A DNA stretch of 64,000 bases, from NCBI GenBank assembly GCA_029762535.1, contig JARVGK010000001.1, positions 64,001 to 128,000 on the forward strand, read 5' to 3'. Origin of the DNA: Thermoplasmatota archaeon (GTDB taxonomy: Archaea > Thermoplasmatota > Penumbrarchaeia > Penumbrarchaeales > Penumbrarchaeaceae). Of this stretch, positions 10,571 to 18,900 are shown one piece after another. The notes below the pieces were generated by a model. It was given only the letters and a program-made list of their open reading frames with translations, had not been told where the DNA came from and searched no databases. Positions within the stretch are counted from its first letter, which is position 1. Every line of letters starts with the position of its first letter. The position numbers were made by a program, and so were the translations under genes.

Positions 10571-10963
10571 ATGGTCGAGAACCACGAGCTATACTTCCAC
10601 GGTAGGCCCGATCCCGCTTCAGGCCAGATATCGATCGGTCTTGTTCTTGTAAAACAGGGAAGGGTTTTGGACACGATGAACGGGAGCGTCTCATATTCAG
10701 GCAGCCGGGAGAAGGCGCAGTGGGAGGCACTCGTACAGGGCATGTTATTCGCCTCCTCCCATGATGTCAGAAGGCTGATCATGAAGGGCGATTCGAAATA
10801 CGTCATCAACTATATGAACGGTGAAATGCCCAGAAGGGATTTCACAGAGATGGAGCATCTCCTTATAGCGAGGAAGAAGCAGCTCCTTTTCGATCAATGC
10901 TTCTTCCAATGGGTCCCCGAGAGCGCCAATTCCCAGGCGATACAACTTTCGAGGTCCGCTTGA
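10571..10963 (+). CDS. RNase HI-like protein, probably catalytically inactive
   Basis: Fold motifs present (LYFHG, WEALVQG, KGDSKYVINYMNG, FQWVP..AN), but three of four acidic catalytic residues appear substituted. Confidence 0.75.
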   Translation: MVENHELYFHGRPDPASGQISIGLVLVKQGRVLDTMNGSVSYSGSREKAQWEALVQGMLFASSHDVRRLIMKGDSKYVINYMNGEMPRRDFTEMEHLLIARKKQLLFDQCFFQWVPESANSQAIQLSRSA

Positions 10964-11044
10964 GAGGTCGGACATTCCAGTGTCGGGGTTAAGGTTTAAT
11001 GCCTGAGGCCCATCTACCGTTCCACTTCCGGAGATGATAAGCAG

Positions 11045-12499
11045 ATGAGGCTAAGGTTGTTCAACACCCGAAGCATGGAAAAGGAGGATTTCGTGCCACT
11101 CGAGGAGGGCTGCGTAAGGATGTACGTTTGCGGCCCTACCGTGTATGACAACTGTCACGTCGGACATGCAAGGAGCTATGTGGCCTTCGATGTTCTGAGG
11201 AGTTATCTCTCGTACAACGGCCTGACCGTGACATACGTTCAGAACTTCACGGATGTGGACGACAAGATCATCAACAGGGCGCGAGAGAGGGGCATCCCGC
11301 CTCTGGTATTGTCCGAGCAATACATCCAGGAATACTTCGAGGACATGGGCGCTCTGAACGTTCAGAGGGCGACCATACACCCGAAGGCCTCGGAAACGAT
11401 CCCGGACATGATAAACATCATATCCTCTCTGATCGGGAAGGGTTACGCCTACGAGGTCAACGGCTCCGTGTATTTCGAGGTCGAGAAGGCCAAGGAGAGG
11501 TTCGGACAGCTCAGACATCAGTCCCTGGACGATATGAGGGACGGAGCAAGGATCGAGGTCGATGAGGAGAAGAGGAGCCCCAAGGACTTCGCACTTTGGA
11601 AAAGGGCGAAGGAAGGGGAGATCTCCTGGGATTCCCCCTGGGGCAGGGGCAGGCCAGGATGGCATATCGAATGTTCGACGATGTCCACCAAATACCTGGG
11701 AGACACGATAGATATCCACGGCGGGGGGATGGACCTGGTGTTCCCGCATCACGAATCGGAGATCCTCCAGTCGGAATCTTACAGCGGACAACAGTTCGTC
11801 CGTTACTGGGTACACAACGGTTTCGTTCAGATAGACAGTGAGAAGATGTCCAAATCCCTGGGGAACTTCTTCACGATCAAGGACGTCCTGGAACGCTTCG
11901 AACCCATGGTGCTGAGGTTCTTCCTTCTCTATACTCATTACAGGTCTCCAATAGATTTCTCGGATCAGGCCTTAGAAGAGGCGGGAAGGGCTCTCGAAAG
12001 ACTCAGGTCCATGTACGGTTATCTGAAGAAGGCCGTGGGATCGGTCGAGGAGGGCGTCACCCCCGATCTGGGAGAACCGTCCGAAAAGGCCGTAAGGGCC
12101 GCGTTCGAAATAAAGAAAGCCTTCATGGAAGCTATGGACGACGATCTCAACACAAGGGTCGCCATTGTCCAGTTGTTCCGTCTCGATGACGAGGTGAAGG
12201 CGATGAGGTCGGAAGCCGATCTGGATAAGGCGAGCGCTCACATGCTCATGTCCCTGCTCGAGGAGCTCTCAGGCGTTCTGGGGCTTTCCTTCGATGTCAG
12301 GGAGGAGGCCAAGGAAGCGGATCCTGACATACTACGCTCGCTCATCGAACTTTTATTGGAGGTGAGGAACGATGCGAGGAAGAACAAGGACTGGAGAACA
12401 GCGGATCTGATCCGGGACAGGCTTGGTTCTTTGGGGGTAAGGATCGAGGACACTGGGGAGGGCACGTCCTTCACGATCTCGAAACGGGCCGCCAAATGA
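11045..12499 (+). CDS. cysS: cysteine--tRNA ligase
   Basis: MYVCGPTVY, HVGH, GRPGWHIECS, DIHGGGMDLVFPHHE, KMSKSLGN. Confidence 0.99.
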   Translation: MRLRLFNTRSMEKEDFVPLEEGCVRMYVCGPTVYDNCHVGHARSYVAFDVLRSYLSYNGLTVTYVQNFTDVDDKIINRARERGIPPLVLSEQYIQEYFEDMGALNVQRATIHPKASETIPDMINIISSLIGKGYAYEVNGSVYFEVEKAKERFGQLRHQSLDDMRDGARIEVDEEKRSPKDFALWKRAKEGEISWDSPWGRGRPGWHIECSTMSTKYLGDTIDIHGGGMDLVFPHHESEILQSESYSGQQFVRYWVHNGFVQIDSEKMSKSLGNFFTIKDVLERFEPMVLRFFLLYTHYRSPIDFSDQALEEAGRALERLRSMYGYLKKAVGSVEEGVTPDLGEPSEKAVRAAFEIKKAFMEAMDDDLNTRVAIVQLFRLDDEVKAMRSEADLDKASAHMLMSLLEELSGVLGLSFDVREEAKEADPDILRSLIELLLEVRNDARKNKDWRTADLIRDRLGSLGVRIEDTGEGTSFTISKRAAK

Positions 12500-12624
12500 T
12501 GACATTCCACACCTGTGGCGCGTTTCTCTTTGACATATATCATGACACATTTAGGGTAATCCTTTTTAATTCTCGGGGTCAAACCCTATGCAGCGATCGA
12601 AGGAAGGTCCACACAGGTGTTGAG

Positions 12625-15600
12625 ATGAAACTGGGAAACGCACGATCGGCAGCCGCCCTGGCCATTCTATTGCTAATGACCCTCCTGCCCGTTGGCCCCA
12701 TGATATCGGGGGCGGGATCAGGGGTGTTTGAGGGGGATATCGAAGAGCAGGAGATCGCCGATCAGTTATCCTCCAGGCTCGTTTCGATGGGTTTCAGACC
12801 GAGGCATCCATACCATGGTTCCAATTTCATACAGACCCCCTCTCCCGCGCCCGAAGGGGCCCGGATACATCCTACCGGAACCGCATCTATCGAAATGCAC
12901 TCCTCTTCAACAAGATACAGCTGGGAAAGTTACTATTCAGATGATATTCTGGACGTCTATGTGGATACCAGCACATCCGGCGGAGGCTCCCTATCCTCTC
13001 AGGAGGAGACCTTGCTCGACGCGGTAATAACCGATTTCATAGATTACTCCTATCCCAGGGTCAAGGACTGGTATGATCCGCTGAACAGGGTGTCCAGCGT
13101 GACCTTCTACATCCACCAGATCGACGGGAGGAGCGGCACGGGCGGTTATTATTCGCCGGGTACCGACGAGTTCCACATCGACAGGGCCGACATGGACTGG
13201 GCAGGGGAGATCGCCGCCCACGAGTTCCAGCATTACATACACGACAAGTACGACCGCTACGAGAACCTGTGGATAAACGAGGGAATGTCCGATCATGCCG
13301 CCTTCCTCGTTTACGGATACGCCTCCGTCCTGTCGAGCCATCTCGCCGTATATTTCAACTACTATCCTTATACGACCCTGCCGATAGACGATTACAGTTT
13401 CTACAGGGATGGCACCACCAGATACTACGGCGTCGCCTTCGCCTATCAGCTATACATGACCCATCATTACGGGGGCAAGAACTGGTCAAGGGCCCTTATC
13501 AGGTCCTCTCAGAGTGGCATCTCAGGCGTGAACTCGGCACTGTCAACTCTGGGGCACACGGACCGCTTCCAGGACACCTTCGAAAAATGGATGGTCGCCT
13601 CCAGGGTGAACGACAAGGACGCCGGCAACAACGGCGAATATTCCTATGCCACCAGAAACTATCCTTACGGCACCCTCCAGACGAAACTTATGGGGTCCTA
13701 CAGTGGGATCCCGGTCGAGTCGGACGGTCAGATAGGACCCTACGGGCCCCAGTCCTTCAGGTTCACCTCATCAGCTGGATCGGCCAACACCTACAGGCTG
13801 TCGGTGGAGGTATCCAAAGGGTCCCTGTCCTTCGCTGTATATCCTGAGGTCTCGACCTTACCGAGGCAGGTTACCCTCATAAACTCCGATAGTGGATCGG
13901 CCATCTTCGATCTCGATGGATGGGGGAAGGACTTTCAGGCGTTCCAGGTGATCGTCTCGACCACCTCTTTGGCCGACCTCTCCATCGAACTGGACATACT
14001 CGATCTCGAGCCGCCGGTCACGATGTTCGGGATCAATCCTCCCTTACCCGACGGGGATGACGGATGGTTTATCTCGAAACCGTTGATAACGATGGCGACC
14101 GAGTCCGGAGCCACTACCCACTACAGGATAGATCAAGGACCGGAGATGCTTTACAACCAGCCCGTTTACCTCGATGACGGGGTTCACACGTTCTCATACT
14201 GGTCCATTGACAAGAAAGGCAACGTCGAGGAAGCCAGACATGTCGATCTGAAGATCGACACGGAGGTTCCGAAGACCTCCATAAGCATAGACCCTGCCGT
14301 GCCGGACGGATATTGGTATACGGCCACCCCAACAATAACCCTCGGGACCGATCATCCTGATTCTTCCATACACTACAGATGGGACCAGGAGGATTTCGTT
14401 CTTTACAGTTCACCGATCAAGGCACCGGAGGGGGAACATCAGCTTTCATGGAGGGCTGTCGACCAGGCGGGCAACCAGGAAACTCCCGGGAACATGCTTT
14501 TCAAGGTCGATACTCTGAGACCGACCCTGTCCTATTCCATTTATCCCTCGGAACCCGACGGGATGAACGGCTGGTACGCGTCGGCTCCAAGGATCACCCT
14601 CTCGGGCGATGCCCAGGATACGATATATTTCGCCATGGGAAGCAACGATTACTCCAGATACTCCTCGGGTATCGTGATGCCCGAAGGCATCACGAACTTC
14701 AGGGCCGTATCGATGGACCAGGCCGGCAACAGAGGTGAGGAGCTGTTGATGCAGTTCAAGGTGGACACGATAAGGCCCAAGCTCACCTGGTCCATGGAGG
14801 GTTTCAACTACATGCTGGACAACGCGAGCCAATGGTTCAATGCCCGCCCCGTCATCGATATCCAGTCCTCCGAAGGCGGGACCAGCATCACTTATTTGCT
14901 CAACGATGAGGAAAGATCATATGATGGGCCGATCGTTATTGATGAAGGGCACAATGAGATATGGGTCCATGCACGGGACAAGGCCGGGAACGAGGCGGAA
15001 CCGCTTTTCTTCATAATCAAGATCGATACTAAGGCCCCGGTGGTCCGAAGCGAACTGGGCCCACCCTCGGACAACGGTTGGTACAACGATATGAACATGA
15101 AGGTGGAGCTCGAACTGGTTGGAGAGGACGACAGGTCCTCGCCGGCGACCCTTCATTACGCCTGGGGCGATGCGGAATACAGGACCTACAGGGACGCGAT
15201 CCCGGTACCCGAAGGCATCAACACGTTGAGATACTTCGCCAGGGACTCTGCAGGGAACGTCCTGAAGATAGAGAGCATCGAGGTCAAGAAGGACACCATT
15301 CGCCCGGAAGCGGCCATGGAACTCGTCGATGTGACGAACCAGACGATACTGGTCGGCGGCGAGTTGATAGTCGATATGAGCGGATCGAGGGACTCGACAT
15401 CGAACCTCCAATTCCAGTTCGATCTCGGGGACGGGACCATCATCTCGTGGCGCAGCACGTCATCTGCCTCCCATAGTTATTCGGAAGCGGGGACATATAC
15501 GATAAAGGGATGGGTCAAGGACAGCGCCGGGAACGTTGCCGAGATCGAGCGAACGATCAATGTGGTCGAAGAGGAGATCCCGGCCGTTGATCGGGAAACG

Positions 15601-15705
15601 GGAACCAACCCGTTACTCCTGGCAGGAGGGGCGGTCCTTCTGGTCCTGCTTCTGGTGATCATAGCCCTCCTGGCAGTCATCCTCGTGCGAAGGCGCAATG
15701 CCTGA
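12625..15705 (+). CDS. secreted, membrane-anchored zinc metallopeptidase (M30/MA-like) with Ig-like repeats and PKD domain
   Basis: Signal peptide from ATG 12625, HEFQH plus WINEGMS zinc ligands, ~5 OmpL47-type Ig repeats (GW...D.AGN.E...KIDT..P), PKD (FDLGDG...HSYSEAGTY), C-terminal TM followed by RRR. Confidence 0.8.
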   Translation: MKLGNARSAAALAILLLMTLLPVGPMISGAGSGVFEGDIEEQEIADQLSSRLVSMGFRPRHPYHGSNFIQTPSPAPEGARIHPTGTASIEMHSSSTRYSWESYYSDDILDVYVDTSTSGGGSLSSQEETLLDAVITDFIDYSYPRVKDWYDPLNRVSSVTFYIHQIDGRSGTGGYYSPGTDEFHIDRADMDWAGEIAAHEFQHYIHDKYDRYENLWINEGMSDHAAFLVYGYASVLSSHLAVYFNYYPYTTLPIDDYSFYRDGTTRYYGVAFAYQLYMTHHYGGKNWSRALIRSSQSGISGVNSALSTLGHTDRFQDTFEKWMVASRVNDKDAGNNGEYSYATRNYPYGTLQTKLMGSYSGIPVESDGQIGPYGPQSFRFTSSAGSANTYRLSVEVSKGSLSFAVYPEVSTLPRQVTLINSDSGSAIFDLDGWGKDFQAFQVIVSTTSLADLSIELDILDLEPPVTMFGINPPLPDGDDGWFISKPLITMATESGATTHYRIDQGPEMLYNQPVYLDDGVHTFSYWSIDKKGNVEEARHVDLKIDTEVPKTSISIDPAVPDGYWYTATPTITLGTDHPDSSIHYRWDQEDFVLYSSPIKAPEGEHQLSWRAVDQAGNQETPGNMLFKVDTLRPTLSYSIYPSEPDGMNGWYASAPRITLSGDAQDTIYFAMGSNDYSRYSSGIVMPEGITNFRAVSMDQAGNRGEELLMQFKVDTIRPKLTWSMEGFNYMLDNASQWFNARPVIDIQSSEGGTSITYLLNDEERSYDGPIVIDEGHNEIWVHARDKAGNEAEPLFFIIKIDTKAPVVRSELGPPSDNGWYNDMNMKVELELVGEDDRSSPATLHYAWGDAEYRTYRDAIPVPEGINTLRYFARDSAGNVLKIESIEVKKDTIRPEAAMELVDVTNQTILVGGELIVDMSGSRDSTSNLQFQFDLGDGTIISWRSTSSASHSYSEAGTYTIKGWVKDSAGNVAEIERTINVVEEEIPAVDRETGTNPLLLAGGAVLLVLLLVIIALLAVILVRRRNA

Positions 15706-15914
15706 TCGTGAATGGAAGCTGGGATGATGGTTCTATCCTATTATTCGTTGAGTTCATTCCCCGAACCAGCGGAAAGGGCGGGGTCATGGCTGAAAAAAAT
15801 GAGATATCCACGCCCCTTTTGGAAGCGACAAAGTTTTATATAACACAAAGTGGATTCATCAGAGCCCAATCCTATAGAGGTTGCTTTGGCTTGCTTGGGT
15901 CATAGGTGATTAAT

Positions 15915-18900
15915 ATGATCAAGGGGAAAGTATCGATAGTTATGGCCACATTATTTTTGACAATGGCGTCCTTCGGCGTCTTGAGCTTCGCTCCGGCGGG
16001 GGGCGTTCACGAGAGCGTGAGCGAGGATCCGGTCGTTCAGGGCGAGGTGGACAAGGCTTATTTCATAAGGAACGACGGCCAGTGGGACAGCCCGATGGAA
16101 TATGTCGGTCAGACCTCGCTCGGGGTCATGGGGTTCTCCCCGGACGGCGTGTTCATGAACATAGTGGAGGAGGTCCTCGAGAAGGACGAGGAGGTGCATA
16201 GGTCTGGGCATATTCTCCAGTTCACCTTCGACGGCGGCTATCAGGTGCTGCCGCAGGGGGGCGGCATGCTCGAAGGCCACATGAACTGGCTTATCGGTCC
16301 GGAAGAGGAATGGGTCACCGAGGTGCCCCTTTTCGATAGCGTCATATACGAGAACGTGTGGGACGGGATCGACGTCCGATACACCTATGGCGAAAAGGGG
16401 TTGAAGTACGAGTTCGTACTCGCCCCGTTCGCGGATCCCTCCGATATCGCCGTGAGAGTGGAGGGTCAGAGGTCGCTCAAGTTGATGGACGGGAACCTCG
16501 TCATAGACGTGAAGGAGGGCCTGACCGTCACAGATAAGGACCTCGACATATGGTATGACGACGGGTCCTTCGAGAAGGTCAACGGAAGGATCGTTATCCT
16601 TGATGGGAACACTTATACCTTCAGGATGGACGGCTACGATCCCTCACGGGGACTCGTGATCGATCCGCTGTATTACTCCACCTTCCTCGGAGGATACGGG
16701 ACGGATTACGGCTACAGCGTTGATGTGGACTCCAAGGGATACGCATATGTAGCTGGTTATACCAGTTATTCCTCATCCGGTGAGTTTCCCACGACCACCG
16801 GCGCTTATCAATCATCCAGGGCCTCGACCTCTTCCGATGCCTACGTCACGAAGTTCAACTACGCCGGATCCGAGCTGATCTATTCGACGTTCATTGGAGG
16901 ATATGGAACTGATTATGCCTACGGCATCGACGTGGATTCCTCCGGGAACGCATATATCACGGGCTACACATACTACTCATCTTCTGGTATCTATCCAACG
17001 ACCAGCGGGGCCTACCAGACCTCATTTACATATACAAGCTATCCCGAGATATTCGTGACCAAGCTGAATTCGGCAGGTTCCTCCCTATCCTATTCAACAT
17101 TGATTGGAGGAGCTTACTACGATTACGCTTACGACATTGCGGTGGACTCCTCAGGAAATGCGATCATAACTGGCCGAACAGGATATTCATCCACATACAC
17201 TCCCAGTTACGGGGAATATCCGACCACTTCAGGAGCGTACCAGACAAGCAGAGCAGGGACGAACTACGAAGCTTTCGTCACGAAGTTCAACTCGGGAGGA
17301 AGCTCACTTCTCTATTCCACCTTCCTGGGAGGATGGGGTTCAGATTATGGATATGGTGTGGCTGTGAACTCTTCCGGCGAGTTCGCTGTGGCAGGATACA
17401 CCTCTTATTCCTCGTCAGGCGAGTTCCCAACCACCTCGGGAGCCTATCAGGCGAGCAGGGCAGGCACATCTATGGATGCATTCGTCACGGCCTTCTCCTC
17501 GAGCGGAAGCGTCATCTATTCCACCTTTTTAGGCGGCTGGGGCAGCGATTACGGAAGGGCCATTGATTTCGACGCCGACGGAAGGGTGGTGGTCGGAGGT
17601 TACTCCTCATACTCCTCCTCCGGTGAGTTCCCGACGACCTCCGGGGCATATCAGACCTCGAGGAGCGGGACTAGTATGGACGCGTTCGTCACGAAGTTCA
17701 GCTACCACGGATCGTATCTGGTCTTCTCCACTTTCCTTGGCGGGTCCGGATCTGAATACGTAGATCAAAATTCTCTGATGGTAGGTGATAACGACAACAT
17801 TTATTTCGCGGGCCGCACAGTATCGAGCGATTTCCCGACGGTCAATGCCTATCAGGGATCCATCGCATATTCATCATACTACGATTGCTTCCTTGTGAAC
17901 TTAACGAGCGATGGCTCCACCCTATCCTATTCGACATACTTCGGAGGCGGTTACTACGATTACGCATACGGCCTGGCAGTCGATAAGTACAACAACGCCT
18001 ATGTCACCGGATATACCCGGTATTCATCCACGTATTCCACGACATACGGCGAGTTCCCGACGACATCCGGAGCCTATCAGACCAGCAGGGCCGGGGACAG
18101 CTACGAAGCCTTCCTCTTTAAATACGGGGAGAATTTCACCGATGACACAGCACCGGTCCTCGGTACGGACAGCTCGGATTCATCCGCCTATACTGGCCAG
18201 GATTTCACCTTCCAGATCGCGGTCACGGACAACGTCGGTGTAACTAAATTGCATGTGGAGTACTGGTTCGGAACAGGATCCCACACGAACGATTCGATCC
18301 CTCTACTGGAGCCTTACACCCATACGATAACGGTCCCGAACTCTCTGGACACGATGTACTATTTCTTCTCCGCGGCGGATTATCACGGCAACTGGGTGAA
18401 GGGATCCACTCAGAGCAGGTCCCCCATTGACGGATCGGGCCCCGAGTTCGCGGATATGTCCATAACTCCTGACCCGCCCACGACCGGTGACAGCGCGACG
18501 GTGATGGTGAACGTCACGGACAACGTTGCAGTCGATAACACGACGGTGATGATCCATTTCAGGGACCAGACGGACGCTTCTTACACTTCCGCATACATGA
18601 CCCATGTATCGGCGGACCTGTACAGCTATACCAATACGATCGGGACATACTGGACCCGTGTATACTTCTATATTACCGCCGATGACACCGCCGGTAACAG
18701 CGGCTCCACGGCCATAATGTATCTCGACGTCGATGATAACGATCCCCCGACCTTCGTCAGCGATGGTTCGGATCCAGTCGCTTATACTGGAGATCCCTTC
18801 ACTTTCAACATAACGATGAACGACAACGTCGGGATCGATTACGCATATGTGGAGTACTGGTTCGGGACCGGATCCCACAACGTGAGGTCGCTGACCATAT

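Noticed and set aside
12506-12620. Inverted repeat ACACCTGTG/CACAGGTGT overlapping the peptidase RBS
   Set aside because: Nine bp about 100 nt apart, with a probable promoter between the arms, so likely chance.
16670-18125. CRISPR-like periodic DNA repeats
   Set aside because: The repeats are degenerate, in frame and explained by SBBP protein repeats. No cas genes are present.
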